A stretch of DNA of 64,000 bases from Candidatus Sigynarchaeum calidifontis (GTDB lineage: Archaea; Asgardarchaeota; Lokiarchaeia; Sigyniarchaeales; Sigyniarchaeaceae). Within the stretch, counting starts at the first letter, position 1. Each line of letters starts with the position of its first letter. A program made the translations under genes and the position numbers. The notes below the pieces were generated by a model. The model was given only the letters and a program-made list of their open reading frames with translations, was not told the DNA's origin and did not search any database. Of this stretch, positions 36,583-46,740 are shown piece by piece. The DNA lies in NCBI GenBank assembly GCA_030587475.2, contig JAUQYZ020000059.1:1-64000 (forward strand), in the 5' to 3' direction.

Positions 36583-37065
36583 TCATCGCGCAAAAATGTA
36601 GACAAGGATCGATGTCACGACGACGCTCGCCGCGCCGGTCATGACGAGCGCGAGAATGATCCTTGTCTTCGTGTCTGGCTTCACATTTTCCTTGAGGGTA
36701 TCGTCGGCAAATTTCACGAAAGCGGCAATCGCATCGCCGATCGTAAGGGATGCCATGATCCCTTGCTTTCCGCGTCTAGAATAGACGAGATCGGTGATGG
36801 TAGATATGATTTTCTCGACCGGATCTGCTTCCTTCACGGTCACGGCAGCTTCGCCAAAATGTCGCTTCGCTAACGTGACCAGCCCCTCGGGGAGGACAAG
36901 CTTGAGCAGGTATTCAGAAAGGTACTTCTCGAATTTCTTCTTGGTGCATGCAATGCATTCGTCCTTCCAGCCCGGCGCGCCTTGAATTTCCGCCTTGGAC
37001 TTTTCCGTGAAGTTGCTCCCGCAAGTTTTGCACTTCGGCATGAGTGTCGCCCTTGTCGTGTCCAT
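36583..37065 (-). CDS. Zn-finger, C-terminally anchored membrane protein (paralog 1)
   Basis: CKTC...APGWKDECIAC; single terminal TM helix. Confidence 0.75.
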   Translation of the reverse strand: MDTTRATLMPKCKTCGSNFTEKSKAEIQGAPGWKDECIACTKKKFEKYLSEYLLKLVLPEGLVTLAKRHFGEAAVTVKEADPVEKIISTITDLVYSRRGKQGIMASLTIGDAIAAFVKFADDTLKENVKPDTKTRIILALVMTGAASVVVTSILVYIFAR

Positions 37066-37073
37066 GATCAAAC

Positions 37074-37544
37074 CTAGACGATGTATCGCGCGAGCAGCGC
37101 CACGAGCGCGACGATCCCGATGATCACGGCCCCGGCAATGCACATCTTCGAGATGCTGCGTTTCAGCCTCCTTGACAGCACCTTTTCCAGGTGCTCCAAG
37201 CGCGCGTCGAAATACAAGACAAATTGCGAGATCGCATCACCCGGCGTGGTACATGCCCTTCCCCCTTCACCGAGTTTTTGGTCGAGAACGGAGATGGAGA
37301 TGAAATCGGATATCGCGTTTCTATCATCCTGATCCGAGATGGTACCTTGATGCAGCGCGAAATACCCCTCGACACGCAGTGCCAGCTCCCTGGCCGTGAA
37401 ATTTTCCAGCAAGTAATCATTCACGTATGCCTCGAACTTGCGCCTCGTGCAAGCCGCGCACTCGTCGTCCCATCCCGGTGCCGCTTCATATGCGGTCGTG
37501 GATTCGATCTCGTATTCTGTCGAGCAGAGTTTGCAGCGGGGCAT
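37074..37544 (-). CDS. Zn-finger, C-terminally anchored membrane protein (paralog 2)
   Basis: CKLC...APGWDDECAAC; GDAI motif shared with paralog 1; terminal TM helix. Confidence 0.75.
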   Translation of the reverse strand: MPRCKLCSTEYEIESTTAYEAAPGWDDECAACTRRKFEAYVNDYLLENFTARELALRVEGYFALHQGTISDQDDRNAISDFISISVLDQKLGEGGRACTTPGDAISQFVLYFDARLEHLEKVLSRRLKRSISKMCIAGAVIIGIVALVALLARYIV

Positions 37545-37586
37545 ATGAGCGTTATATAGGAGACGCGGCCTATATGTCTCTTTGTC

Positions 37587-38465
37587 ATGTCCCATTTCGC
37601 GCTCGCGACCCAGTTGGCAAAGGAGGAATACCGCATCTTGAACGCGATAGAAATATCGATGCGAAAATTCGAATGGGTACCCATGAAAAACATCATCTTC
37701 TATTCACGAGTCGATACCGAGCGCGTGCAATTCTGGCTGGACAAGGTACACAAGCGCGATCTCGTCATCCGCCATGAAGGCGGGCGCAAGAACGAGGGGT
37801 TCGCGCTCAATTCCAAGGGTTACGATTTGCTCGCTGCCCATGCCCTTGCCGAGGAGGACGCGGTGCTCTCGATAGGTAATAGCCTCGGGGTCGGCAAGGA
37901 GTCAGACGTGTACCAGGGCATCGGCAAGGACGGTGAATTCCTTGCGCTCAAGTTCCACCGGATCGGCCGCACGTCGTTCCGCAACATCAAGGCGAAACGT
38001 GATTACGTCGTGGACAAGTTCCACACGAGTTGGCTCTACATGTGCCGCGTTTCAGCAACGCGCGAGGCGGAACATTTAAAAAAACTAAACGAGATCGGCG
38101 CCGACGTACCTGTATTGAAAGGCCACAACCGGCACGTCGTCGTCATGAAGCAATATGATGGACAGGAGATACAAGAATTCGACGAAGTCGATGACGTACA
38201 AGGCATCTTTGAACAAGTCATCCGAAACGTGAAAAAAATTTACAAGGAGGCGCACCTCATCCATTGTGACCTTTGCGAGTATAACATCATCTACACTCGT
38301 GACAAGCACGTCATCATCATCGACTGGCCGCAAGCAGTTTCCACGAGTCACCCGAACGCCAGGCTTCTCTTGAAGCGGGATATTGAAAACGTCTGCAAGT
38401 ATTTCGGGCGCCACGGCGTTAACGCCGATCCCGAAACCATCCTCGAGGATATCGCGAGCTCGTGA
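37587..38465 (+). CDS. rio2: RIO2 serine kinase
   Basis: N-terminal wHTH, GVGKESDVY, KFHRIGRTSFR, IHCDLCEYNI, IIDWPQ. Confidence 0.95.
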   Translation: MSHFALATQLAKEEYRILNAIEISMRKFEWVPMKNIIFYSRVDTERVQFWLDKVHKRDLVIRHEGGRKNEGFALNSKGYDLLAAHALAEEDAVLSIGNSLGVGKESDVYQGIGKDGEFLALKFHRIGRTSFRNIKAKRDYVVDKFHTSWLYMCRVSATREAEHLKKLNEIGADVPVLKGHNRHVVVMKQYDGQEIQEFDEVDDVQGIFEQVIRNVKKIYKEAHLIHCDLCEYNIIYTRDKHVIIIDWPQAVSTSHPNARLLLKRDIENVCKYFGRHGVNADPETILEDIASS

Positions 38466-38506
38466 AGGGGTCATGCATTTAAGAGGACGCCACGCCAAAG
38501 CTAATC

Positions 38507-39955
38507 ATGAAGGCCTCCTTCGGCTACGTGAACATCACACCAGCTGATTTCGTCGGGCGGCCGCTGGCTGGCTACACGCCAATTCCCCGGTGCACGGGAA
38601 AATACGACGACATCCACGCACGAGCCGTCCTCATCGAAGATGTCACGCTCGGCAACGTGAACAAGCGCTTGCTCCTCATCTCGATGGATGTACTTCAAAT
38701 ACCGATGCTTTTTTCCGACTACATTAAAGAGCAAATCCAGGACGCTTACAAGATCCATCCCAACCAGATCTTGATCCACGCGATCCACACGCACAAGTCT
38801 CTCGACATGTCGGGTATGTTCGCGCGCATATTCAAGAAAAAGGGTGAGGATGGCCTTGGCACGGTCATCTGGAATATCATGTTCGGCGCCTATCACGGCG
38901 ACGACCGGTACAAGGTCTGGATCGCCAGGCGCATCGTTACCATGGTCGGGGATATGATCGTCCGGCTGCGCCCCGCGAGGATCGCGTGGACAAAGCAAAT
39001 CATCGATGCGGATATCATCATCAACCGCCGCCACCCGACCCGCCGTTCACGCTCCCCGATGGGCATCATTGCCTTCAAGGATGCGAGTAATGGCGAGCTC
39101 TTCGGGATCATCGTCAACTACGGCATGCATCCAACGACCCTCTCGAGAGCCATCACGAAGCTGTCAGCGGACTATCCGGGGCGCGTCGTGTACAAGGTGA
39201 GCGAGCTCACGAGCGGGAAGGTCCAGGCGATCTGTTTCACCGGCCCAGCGGGAGACTTGAATCCCATCACGACATGCGGTACCGATTTCGAGGCGCTCGA
39301 GAAAAATCGCGATCCCGTGTATAACCAGACTGGCACGTACAAGGACACGAAGCGGCTCGGCTATTTCCTAGGTGAACAAGCGCTGGAGATCGCACGAAGC
39401 ATTCCTGACAAGGATTATTTCGACACGGTCTCGTTCAAGAGCTATGTTCGGACATTCTGGGTTCCCATGAAAGATTTCAAGAAATACTTCTCGAAAAGCT
39501 GGGTTTCGAACCGGCTCGTGCACATCGTGAAAAGATACATCTTGTTTCCAGTTGCCTTGCTTCTCGGTGACGTGAACGAGCCTAATTTCCCTGGATTTGC
39601 TGCCAAGCATCGCGGGTTCAAGTGGGTATGTGCGTACACGCAGATCCAGTACATCGACATCGCCGCGTCTGGTGCAAAAGGTCACTCCGAGGTCGCGATA
39701 ATCGGGGTACCCGGCGAGCTGTTCGAGGACATCGCCAAGCTATTCTACGAGAAAACCCCCGCAGGCCCTGCCAACACGTTCATCTTCCAGGCTTCGAACG
39801 ACTGGATCGCTTACTTGTTCCCGCTCAACGAATACATCATCGGCGGCTACGAACCTTTTGCAAGCTACTCGTCGATTTGCGGCACATGGGTGAAGCGAAA
39901 GTACTTGCAGCTGCTCGAGGACGTCGATCTCGAAATCACGGGGGGATATTTCTAA
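38507..39955 (+). CDS. Neutral/alkaline ceramidase-like amidohydrolase
   Basis: NITP..LAGY, DDIHARAV, HAIHTH, NYGMHPT, SADYPG, GPAGD, PGELF, GGYE. Confidence 0.8.
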   Translation: MKASFGYVNITPADFVGRPLAGYTPIPRCTGKYDDIHARAVLIEDVTLGNVNKRLLLISMDVLQIPMLFSDYIKEQIQDAYKIHPNQILIHAIHTHKSLDMSGMFARIFKKKGEDGLGTVIWNIMFGAYHGDDRYKVWIARRIVTMVGDMIVRLRPARIAWTKQIIDADIIINRRHPTRRSRSPMGIIAFKDASNGELFGIIVNYGMHPTTLSRAITKLSADYPGRVVYKVSELTSGKVQAICFTGPAGDLNPITTCGTDFEALEKNRDPVYNQTGTYKDTKRLGYFLGEQALEIARSIPDKDYFDTVSFKSYVRTFWVPMKDFKKYFSKSWVSNRLVHIVKRYILFPVALLLGDVNEPNFPGFAAKHRGFKWVCAYTQIQYIDIAASGAKGHSEVAIIGVPGELFEDIAKLFYEKTPAGPANTFIFQASNDWIAYLFPLNEYIIGGYEPFASYSSICGTWVKRKYLQLLEDVDLEITGGYF

Positions 39956-39967
39956 GGGGGAAACGAC

Positions 39968-41713
39968 ATGTCGGAAGAAGAATTTGCATCGATCTCCCAT
40001 TATCTTGTCGATCACGTCTCCAAGTGGGTGAACGAGCGGCCGGACGATGTTGCCATCATCGACGCGGACGAAGGACAGTATATCACGTGGCGGCAGTTCG
40101 ACAACGCGGTGAACCTTCGGGCACTCGAGTTGGTCGACATGGGCTTCCAAAAAGGGGACATCATGATCACGATGCTGCCATTGCTGCCCGAGCACGTGTT
40201 CCTCGAGTACGCCGCGTTCAAGATCGGCATGATCGTGTGCCCGCTCGACGTGCGGTTGAAGGCCAAGGAGGTCATCTACTGCGTGAAGCGCCTCGAGGGA
40301 GCCCGCCGGATATTGTACATCGCGCCCGATGACACGGACAGCGAGGACAAGTACGGGCGGGCAAAGCGGTACGAGTTCAAGCAGATCGCGTTGGCAGTCA
40401 AGAAGGCTTGCCCGTACGTGCGCGATTTCATCCAGTTGGCACCGCAAGAGGATGCGGTACCCGGCGGGATAGGTATCTTGAACTTTTTAGAGCGCGCCCG
40501 GCGCAGGTGGAAGGCGCTCCAGAAGGAACCGGCGCAATTCAAGGCCACGCTGGACGCGCTCGATGGCTTGAAGCGATCGGTCGACGCGGCCAAGGACGGG
40601 GCCATGATCATCTTCACGACGGGCAGCACGGGCTTCCCGAAACCCGCCTTGCTCTCCAACGCGGGCATCGTCTGCCAGAACATGTGCTTGGTAAAGGGGC
40701 TTGGCCTCAAAAAAACCGATCGATTGCTCTTGAACTTGCCCATGTCCCACGTCGCGGCGCAGACCGTCGGTCTCATGAGCTTTATCTTTGTCGGCGGGAT
40801 GGTCGTCCTCCTCCACAATTTCAGGGCAGACAAGTCCCTCCAGGCGATCCAGGATTACAAGGTGACGATCTACGGGCAAGTACCGGCCTTGTTCGCCATG
40901 AGCTGGAGCTTGCCCAACTTCAAGGATTACGATCTATCCAGCGTGCGGCTGGCGTTGTATGGCGCCCAGGGCATGACGCGCAATCAACTCGAGCAGTTCG
41001 CGAAGCTCGCGCCGGTCATAGCGACGGGGCTGGGAATGACCGAGATGAGCGGTTTTGTCACCTACCAGCTTGGCGACAAGCTTTCGATCGATGATTTCGT
41101 CTCCGGGCTCGGCCACGACTTCCCCATCACGCCCATGAGCGTTCGCGAGCCCATGAACGATGACGGCACGGCGGGCAAGGAACTTCCCCCCGGCCAAGTC
41201 GGCGAGATCTGTTTCTCGGGGCCGCAAGTGTTTCTCGGCTATTACAAGAACGAGGAGGCGACCCGCAAGGCGATATCGAAGGAGGGTATCCTTTACACGG
41301 GCGACATGGGCTACGTGGACGAGGCGGGGCTGCACCTGTCGGGTCGCCGCAAGTTCATCTTGAAACCAAAGGGATACCAGGTCTATCCCGCCGAGATCGA
41401 GAATTTCATCGCCGAAAAATTCAAGGAACGCGTGGAAAACATCGGGGTCATCGGCATGCCCCACGAGATCTTTTCGGAGGGCATCATCGCTTACCTTGAA
41501 ACGAAGCCCGGCAAGAAAATCGAGCCGGGCGAGGTCTTCGAGGCGTGCAAGGAGCTGGCCGCGTACAAGCGCCCGGCTCACGTCGTGATCATGGGCCCGG
41601 AAGAAATGCCGCTCAACCGGACAGAAAAGACCGATTACCTGGCCTTGAAGAAGCTCGCCGAGCAAGAAATCACCAAGTTACGTGCTGCGGGGAAGTGGGA
41701 CGCGAAGAAATAA
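39968..41713 (+). CDS. Acyl-CoA synthetase (AMP-forming, ANL family)
   Basis: FTTGSTGFPK, GLGMTE, GEIC, YTGDMG, GRRK, YKRP. Confidence 0.93.
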   Translation: MSEEEFASISHYLVDHVSKWVNERPDDVAIIDADEGQYITWRQFDNAVNLRALELVDMGFQKGDIMITMLPLLPEHVFLEYAAFKIGMIVCPLDVRLKAKEVIYCVKRLEGARRILYIAPDDTDSEDKYGRAKRYEFKQIALAVKKACPYVRDFIQLAPQEDAVPGGIGILNFLERARRRWKALQKEPAQFKATLDALDGLKRSVDAAKDGAMIIFTTGSTGFPKPALLSNAGIVCQNMCLVKGLGLKKTDRLLLNLPMSHVAAQTVGLMSFIFVGGMVVLLHNFRADKSLQAIQDYKVTIYGQVPALFAMSWSLPNFKDYDLSSVRLALYGAQGMTRNQLEQFAKLAPVIATGLGMTEMSGFVTYQLGDKLSIDDFVSGLGHDFPITPMSVREPMNDDGTAGKELPPGQVGEICFSGPQVFLGYYKNEEATRKAISKEGILYTGDMGYVDEAGLHLSGRRKFILKPKGYQVYPAEIENFIAEKFKERVENIGVIGMPHEIFSEGIIAYLETKPGKKIEPGEVFEACKELAAYKRPAHVVIMGPEEMPLNRTEKTDYLALKKLAEQEITKLRAAGKWDAKK

Positions 41714-42507
41714 TTGGCACGCAAAATGGCGCACTCGCGTCCCACCCATTTCCCACTCGATTCTCGCGAATTCCCGATCTTGCCAGTTTTACCTTGCTAA
41801 TCCAGTTATGACAAAATCGTGCAACCAAGTAATCGCGCCGCCTACGCCTTGAAACTATGATGTGTGTGATTATGTGGCGATGCCCCATAATCTTATATAC
41901 TAGAAAGACGTAGTCTAGATCAATCCCAAAAAAAGTAGATTTAGGAACGAACGGACTCCGGGTCAAACGATTACCAGCGATGTCGCACGAACCGCGGGCG
42001 AGAAAGGAAATCCTGACCCCATATTCAATATCAATACAGCCTGTTTGTATTCTAAATCTAAAAATTAAACATGCTCCGTAAAGTTCGTCCTCTTTTATAA
42101 AACTCATACTTTTTTTGGGATAATTGCATCCCTCGAATCCCGCGGGCGATATCGCCTCGCCCTTCCTTTTCTCTCCTATAATATCGACACTCTATTCAAT
42201 TGCATCCAATCCAGTATGGCTCGGGCCAGCGATCTGCAGCATGATTTGCTTCATAATTCGCATGGACGAGATCGTTATGAATCAGGATCGTCCCGATCCA
42301 CCAGCACCAGATCCACCGAGCATTTAGGTTATGTGAATAAACTATCTTACATTTCTTTCTACACCACGTGGAGCCGGTTTTAATATCGATATGGGCATCC
42401 GACAATCTATCTTGGCGTGGTGGCACGATCGAGCGTTTTTTTGACTCGTCGCTTTCAAGAAGGTGATCTTCAAATAATTGGTTTTCCACACGTATCTGTT
42501 TCAAAAA

Positions 42508-43356
42508 TCATTCGAGTGGCTCTTGTCCTTCCCGCTGGATGATGTACTTGCTGCCTTTCTTGGCCAGAAAGCCCATGGCGACCGCTTCGAGCATCAATTT
42601 CTTGAGCTTGAGGGCATCCTTGCCTTTCCCCACGCCCATGTCCCTGCGAAACTTGCTGAACGAAACGGCATGGTATCCCTCGTCGATGTACACCTGGATG
42701 AGCAGCTGGAGGTTTTTCCGGTTCAGCTTGACTTTCTTCACAGGATAAGTCCCGGCTTCATCGGAAATGGCCTCCATCTCTTTTTTTTCTGCATCCGCCA
42801 TCTCGGGTTCCTTGGCCGAGATGCTGGCGAGTTGGTTGGCGAGCTTCGCGCCGCTCTCGCCCTCTCTCTTCGCCCCGGCAGGCTTTGCTGCGCCCGCCGT
42901 CGGGAAGAGCGGTACTGCCTTGGTCGTGGGCTTCTGTTCCACTGGCGTGGCTTTCGATTCGACCTCGGGTTTCTGGCGCGCCGCAGCTTGGGCGGCTGGC
43001 GATGGTATAGGCCTCGCGACTGGCTTCTGGATGACCCCGGCCACCCGCATCGGTTGTTTTTTCCTCGCGATGGTCGCGACGGCGGGCCTGGCCGCGGGTT
43101 TCGGCGCCCCGCTTTTCAGCTCGGACTCGTCCTCGTCGGCAAGGTCGGCGGGCTCGAGCTCGATGCCAGAATAAGCCGAATCGATGTACCCGGTGATCAA
43201 GCTTATTATCGATGCCCCCGCGCAACCGCCAACAGCGAGCCAGAACCATGGCGACGGGATCCACGTGGAACCGAACCAGATCCCGCCGATCATGACCAGC
43301 GCGATGGACCCTGCCAGTAACACGAAGCCTAGAAATCTCTTGTTAATGGTCATCAT
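42508..43356 (-). CDS. Membrane protein: 2 N-terminal TM, low-complexity linker, probable C-terminal wHTH
   Basis: Two hydrophobic helices, A/P/K-rich middle, basic helical C-terminus ending GFLAKKGSKYII. Confidence 0.7.
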   Translation of the reverse strand: MMTINKRFLGFVLLAGSIALVMIGGIWFGSTWIPSPWFWLAVGGCAGASIISLITGYIDSAYSGIELEPADLADEDESELKSGAPKPAARPAVATIARKKQPMRVAGVIQKPVARPIPSPAAQAAARQKPEVESKATPVEQKPTTKAVPLFPTAGAAKPAGAKREGESGAKLANQLASISAKEPEMADAEKKEMEAISDEAGTYPVKKVKLNRKNLQLLIQVYIDEGYHAVSFSKFRRDMGVGKGKDALKLKKLMLEAVAMGFLAKKGSKYIIQREGQEPLE

Positions 43357-43949
43357 TGTACTTCCGTCCGAGCTGGAGCTGTCTAATGTGCAACCATGGT
43401 AGTGTCCGAAGGTTCTTTAGGTTTTCATCCCTCGCGGTCGACCACTTGAGGCGAAAGCGATCCGGCATTCCCTGGCACGTGATCGCTGGAAATCACGCCT
43501 TTCTCGTGGAATTTTCACAGCACCGTCCCCATGATGAAGAAAGGGATACCGGCGTTGATCGCTTGCACCAGCGGTTCGAGCATGGCCGAGATAGAAATCT
43601 TTTATCCGAAATAAAACAAGATCGACACTAGATAGGTCATGCACACCTTCCAACGCCGCCGCCCGATACGCCAAGTCGTGAATGCCGTGGCAGTGAACAT
43701 GTGCGGGGTGAGCAAGAGCCGTGCAAGAAATCGTGCAAAAAAACGGCCTCCACATGCTTGATAGTTCCGAAGTTCATGGTGATTCTTGATGATACCCGCC
43801 CCGCGAGACCCGTGCCCGCACCGGCACGGGATCCACGAACCACCTTTCCTTCTTCTCCCCTATCCTTCTTTCTCCTTCTCCCATTCTTTTCGGGGCGGGA
43901 TCATTTTCCTCTATCCATTGCAAAAAGAAAGATGGAATTGGATGCCTTG

Positions 43950-45656
43950 TCACCATGACGATTCTTCTGCCCGCCTGGGGCGGGAGGCGAGCAGCGCGAT
44001 CAAGCACGCGGCCGCCCACGCGACCACGACGAGCGCAGCACCCGTCGGCCGTGACAAGTCGCACGCGAGGTCGCGGCCCAGCAGCCACCACAGGTTCGCA
44101 TCGCGGTAGCTGTAATAGATGTCGAAGCTCGCTGGTGGATTCGTGTTCACGGACGCGTTTATCCGGTCGAGTGCATCCATCCCGTAACTGCTGAACATGC
44201 CGCCAAAACCCGCTGCGTCCCAGAGCAAGAAATACGTGACCTCGGCGCATCCGAATGACTTCGCGATCAGCGTGTCGCGGACGAGATTGTCGAAACCGGT
44301 TGCTTCGCCCCACGAAACGAGGCCGGGCTGGTACAAGTCCCGGGAATAGCATGACGTGTTCGTCGGGCCGAGATAGACGCCCCGCCTCGCTTGCGGGACC
44401 CTCGACGAGAGCGTGTACAGCTTCGTGTAGACGAAATAGGATGTACCCCACGGCTCGTCGAACAACGACCACGCCTTTTGCGGCTCGTCGACGAGACAAC
44501 GGTAGATCATGGGGGCGTATAGCGTGAACCGGTCGGGGATGGCGCCGTTGTACCCTTCCAGTGCTTGGATATCTGCGTCGTCATCATACGCCACGTCGAT
44601 CACGTCCGTGTAGGATGCCACGCTCTCCATTTCGATGGTCTTGTTGCGCGACGCGGAGGCATTGTCGATGTAATCGAACATCGTGTTCCATTCCAGGATC
44701 GAGTCCAAGATGGACGGATATACCTCGCTCCAGCGGAACCCGTCCCCTTCAATGTCGAAAAAGAATCCGACCCATTGATCCAGCGTGCCATTCATCTCGC
44801 ACTCGCGCATCAACTCGGTTTGCGATCGGACCGTCTCGGCTAGCTGGTCGATACTGGGGGGATAGACTTGCAAGCGATACGTGATGTTCGGCATGGCTGC
44901 CTCTAGGGCCGCGAGTTGCAAGACACTGGCGCTCGACGCGGACATCGTTAGGTCGAGATTCACCTTGTGCTGATCCAGTTCTGCACAGAGCGCTGGCGTG
45001 TAGAACCCGGGGTTGTAATCCGGGGCAAAGAAACTAAAGCGTACTTGCTGGCTTCCAGGAACGATCCGCACGGGCACCGGCATGGCGCCGGTGGTTGCTA
45101 GCACGCCTGGCGCTGCGACGAGGGCAAGTACGATGACAATGCGGGCACCGCGCTTGATCACCATTTGCTGCTCGTTTGAAAGCCCCCTGGCATCGCCTTT
45201 TCGTGGGAATGCTGGAAACCATGGCCCCAAGAGGAAGGACTTTTTCCGCATCCCGAGCGAGATGGATTCAATGATGAACCGCACCAACTGCAAAGCACAA
45301 TTGGCCAGCAGCACGAAGAAGATACCGAGCACGATGTTATACGTTACAGCGTAGGCGATGCGCGTCGTGCTGCCGTGGCGCAAGATCCAATCACCTGGTA
45401 TCAAGTACCAGATCGCCCCGAGAACAAACGACACGAGAGCCGAGATCCGGTACCGCGACACGAGCAGCGCGAACACCAGCAAGCAATCGAACGCGATGCC
45501 AGTCCAGATATTGAACGTCGCGTCCAGGGCCGGCATCAAGCCCTTTGATACCGCGATGCACGGGATCCCGATGAAATAATACGACATGAAACTGACCAAG
45601 AACAAGATGCATGCTCTATTCACGAGCGTGAGAACATGAAGCAATTTTTCGTTCAC
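43950..45656 (-). CDS. Membrane protein with large extracytoplasmic domain
   Basis: About 5 N-terminal TM, ~350-aa acidic/aromatic soluble domain containing GFFFDIEG, one C-terminal TM. Confidence 0.75.
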   Translation of the reverse strand: MNEKLLHVLTLVNRACILFLVSFMSYYFIGIPCIAVSKGLMPALDATFNIWTGIAFDCLLVFALLVSRYRISALVSFVLGAIWYLIPGDWILRHGSTTRIAYAVTYNIVLGIFFVLLANCALQLVRFIIESISLGMRKKSFLLGPWFPAFPRKGDARGLSNEQQMVIKRGARIVIVLALVAAPGVLATTGAMPVPVRIVPGSQQVRFSFFAPDYNPGFYTPALCAELDQHKVNLDLTMSASSASVLQLAALEAAMPNITYRLQVYPPSIDQLAETVRSQTELMRECEMNGTLDQWVGFFFDIEGDGFRWSEVYPSILDSILEWNTMFDYIDNASASRNKTIEMESVASYTDVIDVAYDDDADIQALEGYNGAIPDRFTLYAPMIYRCLVDEPQKAWSLFDEPWGTSYFVYTKLYTLSSRVPQARRGVYLGPTNTSCYSRDLYQPGLVSWGEATGFDNLVRDTLIAKSFGCAEVTYFLLWDAAGFGGMFSSYGMDALDRINASVNTNPPASFDIYYSYRDANLWWLLGRDLACDLSRPTGAALVVVAWAAACLIALLASRPRRAEESSW

Positions 45657-45723
45657 ATGATCACCTGACGATGATGGCTGGCCAAAAAAGGAAATAAAGG
45701 GGGACCGTGGCGAGCGAAACTTG

Positions 45724-46623
45724 TCATTGCGCGTATTTTTTCATCAGTTCCTTTTCCGACGGGAACGAGGTCCTCATCGTGTACGACTTCCCCTCCGCGG
45801 CCGCGATGGAATACCGTACCAGCTCGCACGTCCGCATGGCGCCGAGGATCCCGTTCATCTTGCCCTCGAACTCGATGGACCAGTTGCCCTTGAACCCTGC
45901 ATCATGCAGCACCTTGCAAGCCCGGGGGTAGTCCAGCTTCTTTTCAAAGCCTTTCTCGTCGAAATCGTATGCCTTGGCGTGCAAGTAATACGTCCGCGTC
46001 TTGATGACCTCGAGCGATGCCCAGCGCTCCTCGTCGGTCGGGTAGTTGCCGATGTCGAAGATCCAGCCGAGGTTCTTCGATGGCCATCTCGAATTCACGA
46101 GCTTCATGTACACGTAGTTCGACGAGTAGGAATGGTGGGTTTCGATGGCGATGTTGACGCCCAGCTTCTCCGCCTCGGCGAGGAGCGGATCGATCACTTT
46201 TGCCGATAGATCGACGGCCTCGCCTATCATCTCGTTGTACTCGTCCTTGTCCTCCTTGTCCGCATCGTCTGGTGGCGGGGCGAACGCCCTTGGCAGCGGG
46301 CCATCGCCGACCTGGAACCGGACGTGCTCGATCCCCGCGCCGTGCGCCAAGTTCAGCCATTCCTTGCCCTCGGACACCATCTTGCTAACCTCGCCTGGCT
46401 TGGCAAGCAAATGCACGTGCGGCCCGATGGAAAAGACCTTGATCCCGTTGTCCGCGAACTGCTTGGTGCCCTTGGCGAGATCTTTTTTTTCGAAGTGGCG
46501 GTCGAGCCATTCCAGCTGCGTGATGCCCATGTCCTTGCAAATGGCGATGATCTTGTCGATTCCTTTCTTGGCAAGCTTGTCCCATTCATTTCTCACGCTA
46601 TATGTATTGAAGGCAACGTCCAT
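45724..46623 (-). CDS. Sugar phosphate isomerase/epimerase (xylose isomerase-like TIM barrel)
   Basis: IAIETH, FDIGN, YLHAK, GFKGNWSIEFEG metal ligands. Confidence 0.9.
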   Translation of the reverse strand: MDVAFNTYSVRNEWDKLAKKGIDKIIAICKDMGITQLEWLDRHFEKKDLAKGTKQFADNGIKVFSIGPHVHLLAKPGEVSKMVSEGKEWLNLAHGAGIEHVRFQVGDGPLPRAFAPPPDDADKEDKDEYNEMIGEAVDLSAKVIDPLLAEAEKLGVNIAIETHHSYSSNYVYMKLVNSRWPSKNLGWIFDIGNYPTDEERWASLEVIKTRTYYLHAKAYDFDEKGFEKKLDYPRACKVLHDAGFKGNWSIEFEGKMNGILGAMRTCELVRYSIAAAEGKSYTMRTSFPSEKELMKKYAQ

Positions 46624-46740
46624 TATTTTTCATCCCTTTTGAGTGAGATAATGTAATTTCGAGCTATATCCTGGTATAATACACGCGTTTTATGTGATGA
46701 TGGTGATTCTTTTTCGTGCTTGGTAAAAAAAGGATCGTTC

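Noticed and set aside
37074-37210. SNARE-like C-terminus (short heptads, basic stretch, TM)
   Set aside because: Heptad segment is far shorter than a ~60-aa SNARE motif.
42131-42162. tRNA-like TCGAATCCC segment
   Set aside because: No cloverleaf or D/anticodon arms can be built around it.
43357-43949. Short ORFs between the two membrane-protein genes
   Set aside because: No coherent coding signal or motif in any frame.
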